Assembly: GCA_964572155.1 (NCBI GenBank)
Contig: CAZNDZ010000001.1
Span: 718,290-782,289, forward strand
Length of the DNA stretch: 64,000 nt
DNA from: an uncultured Planctomycetales bacterium
Lineage (GTDB): Bacteria; Omnitrophota; Gorgyraeia; Zapsychrales; Fredricksoniimonadaceae
Direction: 5' to 3'
This document shows, piece by piece, positions 19,761 to 29,388 of this stretch; the stretch's first letter is position 1, and each line of letters opens with the position of its first letter. The notes beneath the pieces are model-generated. The model saw nothing but the letters and a program-made list of their open reading frames with translations, had not been told where the DNA came from and ran no database searches. A program made the position numbers and the translations under genes.

Positions 19761-22700
19761 GTGATGTTCAAGAAATCCCTTTGTTCTATCATTTCGATTA
19801 TATTTCTCTTCACAACCCTAACCCCAGTCCATAAAGCTCAAGCACAATCCTTACTTGGTCTTCCAGAACCAGGGACAATGGTCAGTTTAAGTGCCGCATA
19901 TCAGCCTGCCATCCTTAAAGGTATAACCGTTCATAAAGACAATCCGTTCATGTTTGATTTCTTAGTTGATGTTGGCCAAGACAATCTCACAGGCGATTCT
20001 TTAAAAAATGAAGGTGACAAGCTTATCAAGTATTTCATGGCAACCTTAGCTGTTCCTGAGAAAGATTTATGGGTTAACTTAAGTCCTTATGAAAAAGATC
20101 GCACCGTCCCTGAAGCCTTAGGTCAGACGGACATGGGCCGTGATCTTTTAGCTCAAGACTATATCTTAAAGCAATTAACCGCGAGTTTGATCTATCCTGA
20201 GAAAGAATTAGGCAAAAAGTTTTGGGACAATGTCTATCAAAAGACACAAGCCAAATACGGCAACGTCAATATTCCTGTAAATACATTCAATAAAGTCTGG
20301 ATCATGGCCGACCGAGCCGAAGTGTTCGAACGCAATCAAACCGCGTTTGTAACAGCGAGCCATTTGAAAGTGCTTTTAGAAACCGATTATTTGGCTTTAC
20401 AAAAGTCTGAGGATTCTAAAAGCATCCTGCGAAGCCCAACGCAAAAGCAATTGGGCGAAGCAGGATCATCACAAAATGAAATAGCAAAAAAAGTCATTCG
20501 TGAAATCATCCTTCCTGAACTTGAGCATGAAATCAACACCGGCAAAAACTTTGCAAATCTCCGTCAGATATTTAACTCCATCATCCTAGCCTCATGGTAC
20601 AAGAATAATTTAAAGCAATCCCTGCTTAACGAAACCTACTCAAATAAGAGCACTGTCAAAGGCATCGACATTGACGATAAAACGATTAAACAGCAAATTT
20701 ACGAACGTTACTTGCAAGCCTATAAGAAGGGCGTCTTTAACTATATTAAAGAAACCCCAGAAGGTGCGCCTAAGAAATATTTTTCGGGTGGGGTGTTGGG
20801 AAGTTTGAAAATTACTAAAGCAAATGAAGCCATGGCGGCGGCTGCATTTAATGAAAATAACAAGCTAGCAAATTTTCATGTAAAATTCGATGCTGCCATG
20901 TTGAATGTAGCAGAAATTAAAGCATTAACAAATGAGCTCCTCAGAGTAACAGTAAACAATAAGAATATAACTCTGTTAAATGGATTCAATTCTTTGGGTG
21001 GGAATGTGATGGTTTCTCCCGACAATGAAGGCGGTTTTTATATCATTTTAAGTGTTGATTGGGAGAAGAATGTTGTCAATCATGACGGCGCTGCAGCAAC
21101 AACGCCAAATCCTGCGTTTCATCCAGTCAACAGAGAAAAAATCGAGGCTGCAATTAATGTGTTCATAAAAAATTTTCTCAAGGATCATCGTGATACATAC
21201 TCTATTGAATCATTACGATTCATAAGTCCAGAGGTAAAACCAGGTCAACTAAGAATGGATATTCATCGCATCCACATCACATCACCTTTTGTGGAACCAT
21301 CGGATGCAGCCATGCAAGCAGATCACATAAAGAATGTTGTTGAGAAGCTTGGGGATCTTGTAGCAGAGCCTGGTGTTAATATTTTTGTGCGTCAAACATC
21401 AGAGGGTATAGAAGTGCATTTTCCAGCAGGTTCATTCGACGCCGCTCAAGTTTCCGAATTACAAGATTTAATAGCTAAAATGCAATCTATAAAGTTTAAG
21501 GTTAGCGAAGAAGGATATCATTTTATCGCGCCCGCCGCAAAATCGTTAGCGTTTATTGCTGTGATTACCGTATTAGTTTATAACATGTATCAGCAAACTA
21601 AAGCAGAAAATAAACGTGCACGTGAAGCATATGCTGCCAAATTAGCGGATCAAAAAAGAATTGCCGCAGAGCGAGAGGCGACTTTAAGAAAATCTGCTCA
21701 TGAGGCATTGATGATGTTAGCTTTGATCATCGAGGGTGCAGATTTTGATCAAGTAATGTTGCATGTTAAAGCGATCGCTAATTCATTTAAATCTAATCCC
21801 TATATTATTGAAGAGTTAGAGCGTCTCGATAAGGAAGTATTCTTAAATGATGGTGCGCATAGAGAGAAATGGAATCTGTTATATCATGCAATGATGGAGA
21901 TAATTTCACCATTGAGTGTAGGCGAAGTGCCATCTGAAGATTTTGTTGGGCTTAGAAATGAAATTGCTGCTTTCTTAAGAACTAGTGGGCACTCCAGTGA
22001 TGTGACAGTACAAAGAGTTCAAAGGCAATATAAGGCGCTCACTTCTTTGATGAAATTTGATGTAGGACCTTTCTGGAATCCTGGAGCGCCGGTGTTTTAT
22101 CGTTATGCTATTTCAATGAGTGAGATGGAGAATAATGGATTGTCTGACAAGAATAAGCCATACTTTTTAGAACTATTCAAAAAATTTGATCTAAAGGTGG
22201 TGACTTTGGGCGGGAAGGAATATTTAGTGCCACAACAATGGTATCGTTCCTTTGGATCTGAAACGCAAAGAATGATTTATTTGGACAAAAAGTTATTATT
22301 AGTTAGATTGTATCTTCGGAAGGTATTTAATAAGTTAAATGATTCTATTGAGAGTGGATCTAACAAAAGAATAAATTTAAAGAATATAGAACTCGACGCA
22401 GCCATGCAAGCATTGGATACCAATGTTTTATCAGGATCATCGGTGTTTAAGCGTTTTGATATCCTTGTTCAAATAAAGACTGCGGTAAACGCGGTGTTAA
22501 AAGGACAAAGGTATTTTTTAGATACGCAATATTCGAAAGATGATGTTGAGCAATTAATCAATGCATATAACGGACAAGCTTTAGATGTGAATAAGGTTGC
22601 GTTGTTATCGGAAGCAAGTGATTCACATAAGACAAATGTGTTGTATTTATCGTCCAGTAATGACGCATTAAGAAAATGGGTTGATCAAGAACTTAAAGAA

Positions 22701-24302
22701 ATCAGGATCAAATACATCGCCAACCGATTGAAGTCAAGAGATTTGCAGAATGTTGAAGATGCGCTGTTTGGTGTTGATGGGGTTGAGCAAGTTACAGAAC
22801 AAGCGGGATCGATTGTCGAAGATGCTAAGGAAAGATTCCTAAATATTGAAACTGGTGAGTTTCTAACAGCAGATCAAGTCTTAACACAATTGAAGAATTA
22901 TCGTTGGTTTGTTGTAGGTCTAGAAGGTGGTGAGATCTTAAATATTGTTGAGCCAAGGTTAGCGGCAATGAAGCCAGGCATTCAATCAATTCAAGATGCG
23001 TTGGGTGTTCAATTAAAAGTGCGCATGGGTGAAGGTTTTGTAAAGCTTACGGATGGATTGAAATCATTGGGAAAGGTTGATGTTATAAGTAAGCCAGAAG
23101 GGGGATTTTTAGTGACAATTGTTATGGATCATCGACCGTATGAAGATCCTTTGAAGTTCTATGCGGAAGCTGTTGCAGCTTTTATTGCACAATTTACATA
23201 TAATTTCAGGCAATATTACACGGCGGAAGTTAAATCATATGAAAGACGGGTATTGGCAAGAGATGGTTCGAAAAGAATGTATCAAATCGTTATCGATCCT
23301 GTAACAAGTAACGCTGATGCGGCGATGAAGAGTGTGATGGTTTCCAAAAGAGATTTTCAATCATTTCATGAATATTTGGACAAACTATTAAAGAAGGAAT
23401 TACAAGTTGAGAGTTATAAAATCGCTGGAGAAACCGTGGTAGTTATTCCTGTTAGTTTTATGCCTGATAATGTTCTTGAATATATGGAAGCTATTGCAGA
23501 TAAATTTAATGTTAGATTGCAGCGGCTTAATAATGCTTCCTATTATTTTGTTCCTAATAGATTGCGATATTTTCTTGGGACAACCAATGGCAATGCAGAA
23601 TACATGGGAAGAAAAATAGCTCCCCTGACAAAATATTTAAACGCATTAAACGCAGAGTTAACTGCAAATATCAACCATAAATTTAACCCTCCAATTGATT
23701 TAAACGGTATACACATTGATGCCGCGATGTCTCATTATGTTGATAGTCGTCAAGAATTATTGTTAAGAGGCGGGATTGCGAAAATTAGTAAAGCAGTTGG
23801 TTATGAAGTGCAGAGTACAACGCTCTCAGATGTAAAAAATGGCTATGTTTTATCAATAGCAACGCCGACCAGAGAAGAAAGCAAGGCGGTGTTAGATAAA
23901 CTTTTGGCTTACGCAACAAATGAAGATGTGAAGAATAATTATGTCATAGAACTTTTAAGAGTGCCTCAAGAGGTGGAGTTCATGGGTTCTAAATATTTTA
24001 ACGTGATGTTTAAGTTAACGTTAAAAACATCAGGCCCTGAGGCTGATAAAGATGACTCCAACGTCATAAGTTTTAATGCTAATAAGACGAAGGCTGACGC
24101 TGCCATGAACGGTGGTATTGATCTTAAGGATGCTGCGGCTAATACGAATGTTCGCAAAGAGGGGCAAGGGGTTGAGTTTGTTGTGGATCAGGCCTTGATT
24201 GAGCGGGTGCGTCGGGAGGGGATTAATAGTTTGACGCCGGTGATCTTGCGCATTGATTCATCCGTCAATATCTGGCCTTTGTTGGGATTGAAAAATCCTT
24301 GA
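19761..24302 (+). CDS. Large exported modular protein with DAAM-delimited segments
   Basis: Signal peptide (…KAQA); ~340-aa N-terminal domain (LPEPG…PAILKG…NPFMFDFLVD…GRDLLAQDYILKQLTASLIYPE); six DAAM motifs; C-terminal GGIDL…LTPVI. I recall this architecture from Omnitrophota proteins but have not verified it by search. Confidence 0.85.
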   Translation: MMFKKSLCSIISIIFLFTTLTPVHKAQAQSLLGLPEPGTMVSLSAAYQPAILKGITVHKDNPFMFDFLVDVGQDNLTGDSLKNEGDKLIKYFMATLAVPEKDLWVNLSPYEKDRTVPEALGQTDMGRDLLAQDYILKQLTASLIYPEKELGKKFWDNVYQKTQAKYGNVNIPVNTFNKVWIMADRAEVFERNQTAFVTASHLKVLLETDYLALQKSEDSKSILRSPTQKQLGEAGSSQNEIAKKVIREIILPELEHEINTGKNFANLRQIFNSIILASWYKNNLKQSLLNETYSNKSTVKGIDIDDKTIKQQIYERYLQAYKKGVFNYIKETPEGAPKKYFSGGVLGSLKITKANEAMAAAAFNENNKLANFHVKFDAAMLNVAEIKALTNELLRVTVNNKNITLLNGFNSLGGNVMVSPDNEGGFYIILSVDWEKNVVNHDGAAATTPNPAFHPVNREKIEAAINVFIKNFLKDHRDTYSIESLRFISPEVKPGQLRMDIHRIHITSPFVEPSDAAMQADHIKNVVEKLGDLVAEPGVNIFVRQTSEGIEVHFPAGSFDAAQVSELQDLIAKMQSIKFKVSEEGYHFIAPAAKSLAFIAVITVLVYNMYQQTKAENKRAREAYAAKLADQKRIAAEREATLRKSAHEALMMLALIIEGADFDQVMLHVKAIANSFKSNPYIIEELERLDKEVFLNDGAHREKWNLLYHAMMEIISPLSVGEVPSEDFVGLRNEIAAFLRTSGHSSDVTVQRVQRQYKALTSLMKFDVGPFWNPGAPVFYRYAISMSEMENNGLSDKNKPYFLELFKKFDLKVVTLGGKEYLVPQQWYRSFGSETQRMIYLDKKLLLVRLYLRKVFNKLNDSIESGSNKRINLKNIELDAAMQALDTNVLSGSSVFKRFDILVQIKTAVNAVLKGQRYFLDTQYSKDDVEQLINAYNGQALDVNKVALLSEASDSHKTNVLYLSSSNDALRKWVDQELKEIRIKYIANRLKSRDLQNVEDALFGVDGVEQVTEQAGSIVEDAKERFLNIETGEFLTADQVLTQLKNYRWFVVGLEGGEILNIVEPRLAAMKPGIQSIQDALGVQLKVRMGEGFVKLTDGLKSLGKVDVISKPEGGFLVTIVMDHRPYEDPLKFYAEAVAAFIAQFTYNFRQYYTAEVKSYERRVLARDGSKRMYQIVIDPVTSNADAAMKSVMVSKRDFQSFHEYLDKLLKKELQVESYKIAGETVVVIPVSFMPDNVLEYMEAIADKFNVRLQRLNNASYYFVPNRLRYFLGTTNGNAEYMGRKIAPLTKYLNALNAELTANINHKFNPPIDLNGIHIDAAMSHYVDSRQELLLRGGIAKISKAVGYEVQSTTLSDVKNGYVLSIATPTREESKAVLDKLLAYATNEDVKNNYVIELLRVPQEVEFMGSKYFNVMFKLTLKTSGPEADKDDSNVISFNANKTKADAAMNGGIDLKDAAANTNVRKEGQGVEFVVDQALIERVRREGINSLTPVILRIDSSVNIWPLLGLKNP

Positions 24303-24327
24303 CTGTAGTCGAACATGTGAATATATT
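24299..24327 (+). promoter_or_regulatory. Putative sigma70 promoter for the DUF5678-like/protease pair
   Basis: TTGACT (24299-304), 17 nt, TATATT (24322-27). ATG at 24336 is close enough that the mRNA would be nearly leaderless. Confidence 0.5.
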
Positions 24328-24335
24328 GAAGGTGT

Positions 24336-24551
24336 ATGAAATCCAATCTTAAACAACTTCGAATAAAGTCTGTTAATCAGTTGATTAAGCCGTTTCCAGG
24401 TCGTTGGGTTGCCTTATCATTTGACGATACCCATATTGTCAGTGTGCGTAAAAGTTTTGAGGCTGCATTAAATGAAGCGCACCGAAAAGGTGAATCATGC
24501 CCACATATAGTTAAAGTTCCCGATGGCTCATGGTCGGGGATTGTCTTTTGA
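24336..24551 (+). CDS. Small DUF5678-like protein
   Basis: GRWVAL…D…IV…FEAAL.EA…G…P.IVKVP pattern, typical of small proteins encoded upstream of retropepsin-like proteases. Confidence 0.6.
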   Translation: MKSNLKQLRIKSVNQLIKPFPGRWVALSFDDTHIVSVRKSFEAALNEAHRKGESCPHIVKVPDGSWSGIVF

Positions 24552-24994
24552 GTAATATTACCATTTCATACCAGAAGATTCAAATTCCTGCCCAAGGCGA
24601 TGTTCCAGCCAAAACGATTTACGCCCCAGTTTTAAAAACTACTTTGTTTTACAAAAATGTTGAGCGATTGTTTTTAATTGATTGTATTGTTGATTCAGGT
24701 GCTGATTTTTGTGTGTTTCCTGCCAAAATGGGAAAAGCAATTGGGTTGGATATTTATGAAGGTGAGAATGTTATTACCAATGGGATTGGTGGTAAAGAAA
24801 TTTTATATTTTCATAAGTTAAAGGTAGAAGTTCTACTCAATGATGAACCTTGGGCTTTTGAGTGCAGAGCAGGGTTTTCTAGTAAATTGAACACTAAAGG
24901 CATTGGCTTCTTAGGTCGAGACGGATTTTTTGATCTTTTTCAAGAGGTTTCATTTAATCAAAAAGCTAAAATGTTCCGTCTTAAAGAATTTTGA
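24548..24994 (+). CDS. Retropepsin-like (clan AA) aspartic protease
   Basis: IVDSGADF catalytic D-S-G motif, GIGG flap, GFLGRDGFF. TTG start at 24548 overlaps the upstream TGA (the ORF track starts at 24530). Confidence 0.8.
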   Translation: MSNITISYQKIQIPAQGDVPAKTIYAPVLKTTLFYKNVERLFLIDCIVDSGADFCVFPAKMGKAIGLDIYEGENVITNGIGGKEILYFHKLKVEVLLNDEPWAFECRAGFSSKLNTKGIGFLGRDGFFDLFQEVSFNQKAKMFRLKEF

Positions 24995-25053
24995 CAAACA
25001 GAGTAGAAAAATTCGCTTGATTTAAGTTTCTGATTTGATTAACATCATTTCTT

Positions 25054-26154
25054 ATGTCCACAGAAATATTGCTGCATAATACACCACTTTTAAATGAACA
25101 TGTTGCTCTTGGGGCCAAGATGGTTGGCTTTGGGGGATGGAATATGCCGCTGCAATATGCGGGGATTATCGCCGAGTGGGATGATAATCGTAAGACCTGT
25201 TCCATCTTTGATTGCTCACACATGGGCGAGTTCTTGATCAAGGGTGATGCGGTCAAATCTGGGCTTAATCGCATTGTCACGCAAGCAATTACGGATATGG
25301 CGATCGGTACGTGCCGTTATGGCACGATGCTAAATAACAATGGCGGCGTCATCGATGATTTGATTGTTTATCGCAAAGCCCCGGAAGAGTGGATGATTGT
25401 TGTTAACGCATCGAACATTGAAAAAGATGCGCGTCATTTCAAAGCTAATCTTACATCTGCGGCACAGTTTACCGACATTTCTTTTCAAACAGCAAAATTA
25501 GATCTACAGGGCCCTCTGTCCCGCGATGTCTTATCTGATTTATTAGGCCAAAAAATTTCTTTAGAATATTATACGTTTGCTGAGTTTAATTTGTTGGGCG
25601 AAAAATGCGTGATTAGCCGCACGGGTTATACCGGCGAGTTGGGGTATGAGATTTATTATCCATGGGGGCAAGCTGTTAAATTGTGGCAAGCTATCCTTAA
25701 AGATAAACGTGTTAAGCCAACGGGCCTCGGCGTACGTGATGTGCTGCGCATCGAAATGTGTTATAGCTTATACGGCCATGAATTGTCGGAAGATATTTCT
25801 GTCCTAGAATGCGGTGTTGAGAAATTTTTAGATTTTAATAAAGATTTTATTGGTAAAGACGCATGTGTGGCATATCAAACGCAAGGCGTCAAACGCACCA
25901 TCGCCTACATTCAAAGTGATTCACGTAAATCTCCTCGGGCTGATCATAAAGTTTATAACAGCAACGGCAAAGCAATTGGCACAGTTGTCAGTGGCACTTA
26001 TTCTGTTGGCGTCGGGGTTGGTATTGGGATTGCATTTATAGAAAAAGATGAAAAAAAAGTTGAAAACAAAATTATTTTTGGCGATGATAGGTCTAGGTCA
26101 GATGGTTTGATCGTCAAACGGCCTTTCTACAAAAAGGGATCTCTCAAAAATTAA
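25054..26154 (+). CDS. gcvT: Glycine cleavage system aminomethyltransferase T
   Basis: TPL…H…GAKMVGFGGWNMPLQY, FDCSHMGE, IDDL, SRTGYTGELGYEI, GLGVRDVLRIE, YGHE. Confidence 0.96.
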   Translation: MSTEILLHNTPLLNEHVALGAKMVGFGGWNMPLQYAGIIAEWDDNRKTCSIFDCSHMGEFLIKGDAVKSGLNRIVTQAITDMAIGTCRYGTMLNNNGGVIDDLIVYRKAPEEWMIVVNASNIEKDARHFKANLTSAAQFTDISFQTAKLDLQGPLSRDVLSDLLGQKISLEYYTFAEFNLLGEKCVISRTGYTGELGYEIYYPWGQAVKLWQAILKDKRVKPTGLGVRDVLRIEMCYSLYGHELSEDISVLECGVEKFLDFNKDFIGKDACVAYQTQGVKRTIAYIQSDSRKSPRADHKVYNSNGKAIGTVVSGTYSVGVGVGIGIAFIEKDEKKVENKIIFGDDRSRSDGLIVKRPFYKKGSLKN

Positions 26155-26182
26155 CGCATCACTGCAGTGTAAGGAAATCATT

Positions 26183-26581
26183 ATGAGTAGCAATTCTGAG
26201 ATCATCGAACATTTTTGGTACACCAAAGAACATGAATGGATTAATGTCGAGGACAATGTTGGCACCATGGGCATCACCGACCATGCGCAACATGCCTTAG
26301 GCGATGTCACCTACGTCGAGCTTCCTGATGAAGAATCAGAAGTCGATCAATTCGAACAGTTCGTTTCCGTCGAGTCTGTGAAAGCAGCGAGCGATATCTA
26401 CGCGCCGTTAGGTGGCCGTGTGATTGAAATCAACCGTGATTTAGAAGATAACCCAGCATTGATTAATAAAGATTGTTACGGCAAAGGATGGATTGCCAAG
26501 ATAGATATTCGTGATGTGGATGAGACCTCCAATTTGATGTCTGCCGACGAATACCGCAGTTATTTAGAATCTTTAGAGTAA
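26183..26581 (+). CDS. gcvH: Glycine cleavage system H protein
   Basis: YTKEHEW, GITDHAQ..LGD, VESVKAASDIYAP (lipoyl lysine), N..CYGKGW. Confidence 0.96.
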   Translation: MSSNSEIIEHFWYTKEHEWINVEDNVGTMGITDHAQHALGDVTYVELPDEESEVDQFEQFVSVESVKAASDIYAPLGGRVIEINRDLEDNPALINKDCYGKGWIAKIDIRDVDETSNLMSADEYRSYLESLE

Positions 26582-26584
26582 TAG

Positions 26585-27922
26585 ATGAACCCATATATTA
26601 TCAATACAAAAGACGATGTGGCAGCTATGCTGTCGACGATCGGTGTTAAAAACATCGATGGTTTATTCTTGGACATTAAACCAGAACATCGCCCGAAGTC
26701 ATTTAATCTGCCCGCAGGTTTAAGCGAGTACGAGGTCATGCGTAAAGTCACGGCCATGTCGCTTAAGAACAATGTGGCGTTAGTGCCATTTATCGGCGGT
26801 GGATACTACGATCATTACATCCCAACGGCGGTGTCGTCGATCACGTCTCGAGGAGAATTCTACACCGCCTATACGCCCTATCAGCCCGAATGTGCCCAAG
26901 GAACCTTGCAGGCTTTGTTTGAATATCAAAGTTCCATGTGCGCGTTGACGGGTATGGAAGTATCAAATGCGTCGTTGTACGACGGTGGGACCGCGTTATA
27001 CGAAGCCATGATGATGGCCATTCGCATCACCGGCCGTGAGAAAATTGTCATGGATGGCGGGGTAAGCCCCATTTATCGCAAGATTTTAAAGACCTATACG
27101 CATCATTTGCATTATCAATTCTTGGAAACACCCGTCGTGCATGGCCAAAGTAGCCGTGAAGAAATTTTTAAGCTCTTAGACGATGGTGTTGCTGCGGTGA
27201 TTTTACAAACGCCAAATTTCTTTGGTGCCATTGACGATTTTACCGACATCATTAACAAAGCCCATGAAAAAGGTGCGCTTGCGATCGTGAGTGTTTATCC
27301 CATTTCTTTAGGTTTAGTTAAAACCCCAGGCAGCATGGGTGCGGATATTGTCGTCGGTGAAGGTCAATCCTTAGGGTTGCCACTCAATTTCGGCGGGCCT
27401 TATTTAGGGTTCATGACCGCACGTAAGAAATATGTGCGCAAGATGCCTGGGCGTTTGGTGGGTGAGACGGTTGATAAGCAAGGCCGACGCTGTTTTGTAA
27501 ATACCTTACAAGCCCGCGAACAGCATATCCGTCGAGAAAAAGCCACATCAAATATTTGTACCAATGTTTCCTTATGCGCCCTTCAAGCCGCTGTGTTTAT
27601 GTCCATGATCGGCAAGGGTGGCTTTAAAGAACTTGCGCAATTGAATTTAGATAAGGCTGAATATGCGAAAAGTGTTTTAAGTAAGATCAAAGGGGTTGAA
27701 GTCAAACGCAGCGCCCCAACATTTAATGAATTTACCGTGCTGTTGCCTAAGGATGCGTCGGTGGTTGCCGGTGATATGATTAAAAAAGGTTTTGCCGCAG
27801 GATTTCCATTGGGCCGATATTACCCAGGCATGGAGAAATATTTATTAGTCGCTGTCACCGAGAAACGCACCAAGACTGAGATTGATCAATTTGCCAATGC
27901 ATTAGCTGAGGTATTGAAATAA
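26585..27922 (+). CDS. gcvPA: Glycine dehydrogenase subunit 1
   Basis: GGGYYDHY, EFYTAYTPYQPE, SNASLYDG, GGPYLG, REQHIRREKATSNICTN. Confidence 0.96.
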   Translation: MNPYIINTKDDVAAMLSTIGVKNIDGLFLDIKPEHRPKSFNLPAGLSEYEVMRKVTAMSLKNNVALVPFIGGGYYDHYIPTAVSSITSRGEFYTAYTPYQPECAQGTLQALFEYQSSMCALTGMEVSNASLYDGGTALYEAMMMAIRITGREKIVMDGGVSPIYRKILKTYTHHLHYQFLETPVVHGQSSREEIFKLLDDGVAAVILQTPNFFGAIDDFTDIINKAHEKGALAIVSVYPISLGLVKTPGSMGADIVVGEGQSLGLPLNFGGPYLGFMTARKKYVRKMPGRLVGETVDKQGRRCFVNTLQAREQHIRREKATSNICTNVSLCALQAAVFMSMIGKGGFKELAQLNLDKAEYAKSVLSKIKGVEVKRSAPTFNEFTVLLPKDASVVAGDMIKKGFAAGFPLGRYYPGMEKYLLVAVTEKRTKTEIDQFANALAEVLK

Positions 27923-29388
27923 TGGAACTTATTTTTGAAAAAAGCATAAAAAATCGCCGGGGTTTTCGTTATCCTGACTCTGACGTTGGGGTCAAGGCAA
28001 GCATTCCTGCCAAATATGCCCGCAGCGAAGATGCGCCCTTAGCTGAAGTTTCTGAACTCGATGCTGTGCGTCACTATACCCATTTGTCACAAAAGAATTT
28101 TTCAATCGATACCCATTTTTATCCCTTGGGTTCTTGCACCATGAAATATAACCCTAAGTTCACCGAGGCTCTGGCGCGGTTGGCTGGGTTTAGTGATTTG
28201 CATCCATTATTACCGCAACTCGCCGGTGGTGAAACGTTAACACAAGGCGCATTAGAAGTTTTATATGAAATTGAACAATGGATGTGTGAGATGACAGGGT
28301 TTTCTAATTTCACATTGCAACCATTGGCTGGCGCGCATGGAGAATTAACCGGTATCATGCTCATGGCCGCATATCATAAAGCCAAAGGTAACACGAACAA
28401 GAAATATGTGATCATCCCTGATTCCGCGCATGGCACCAATCCCGCAAGTGCTGCGATTGCAGGTTATGAAACCATTGCTATCCCGTCGAATAAAGACGGT
28501 GGCATGGACATTGAAGCATTAAAGAAAGCCATCACACCTGATGTTGCGGGTTTGATGATGACGGTGCCTAGCACCTATGGTTTATTTGAATCAAATATCA
28601 CGGAAATTTCTAAGCTCATTCATTCCGTTGATGGCATCATGTATTATGACGGTGCCAATTTAAATGCCGTCTTAGGCAAATGTCGCCCAGGCGACGTAGG
28701 CTTTGATGTCATGCACATCAATACCCATAAAACATTCACAACCCCGCACGGCGGTGGCGGCCCAGGTTCTGGTCCAGTAGGTGTGAATGAAAAATTAGCC
28801 AAATTTTTACCTATCTCACGCGTCATTAAAAGAGCGGATGGAACATTTGCACTAAATTATGATTACCCAGATTCTATCGGCTACATTGCGAGCTTTTATG
28901 GCAACTTTGCCATTTTATTGCGTGCTTATGCCTATATGTTGATGTTGGGCCGTCAAGGTTTGATCGATACAACCGAACATGCAGTTTTAAATGCCAACTA
29001 TATTGCTGCCCGATTAAAGAATACCTACAAATTATGCTTTGATAGCGTGTGCATGCATGAAAGTGTGTTTTCCGCAGCCAATCAAGCCGCACGTGGCGTG
29101 CATGCCATTGATATTGCCAAATTCTTAATTGATCAGCAAATTCATCCACCAACGGTATATTTCCCGATTAGCGTGCCAGAAGCCATCATGATTGAGCCAA
29201 CAGAAACAGAATCCAAGCAAGTCATGGATGATTTCATTGATAAAATGCTCAAAGCCGATGAATTATCCAAAACAAACCCCGAAATCTTCAAAGATTTTCC
29301 AAAAACCATGCCGATCAGCCGTCCTGATGAAACCAAGGCTGCGCGGGATGTTAAAACCAGCTACTTTTTATCCACGGATGCAGCTTAA
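27922..29388 (+). CDS. gcvPB: Glycine dehydrogenase subunit 2
   Basis: YPLGSCTMKYNP, QPLAGAHGE, HGTNPASA, DGANLNA, HKTFTTPHGGGGPG, EPTETES. Confidence 0.96.
   Translation: MELIFEKSIKNRRGFRYPDSDVGVKASIPAKYARSEDAPLAEVSELDAVRHYTHLSQKNFSIDTHFYPLGSCTMKYNPKFTEALARLAGFSDLHPLLPQLAGGETLTQGALEVLYEIEQWMCEMTGFSNFTLQPLAGAHGELTGIMLMAAYHKAKGNTNKKYVIIPDSAHGTNPASAAIAGYETIAIPSNKDGGMDIEALKKAITPDVAGLMMTVPSTYGLFESNITEISKLIHSVDGIMYYDGANLNAVLGKCRPGDVGFDVMHINTHKTFTTPHGGGGPGSGPVGVNEKLAKFLPISRVIKRADGTFALNYDYPDSIGYIASFYGNFAILLRAYAYMLMLGRQGLIDTTEHAVLNANYIAARLKNTYKLCFDSVCMHESVFSAANQAARGVHAIDIAKFLIDQQIHPPTVYFPISVPEAIMIEPTETESKQVMDDFIDKMLKADELSKTNPEIFKDFPKTMPISRPDETKAARDVKTSYFLSTDAA

Noticed and set aside
24995-25053. Glycine riboswitch upstream of gcvT
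   Set aside because: The intergenic gap is only 59 bp, is AT-rich and has no aptamer motifs.
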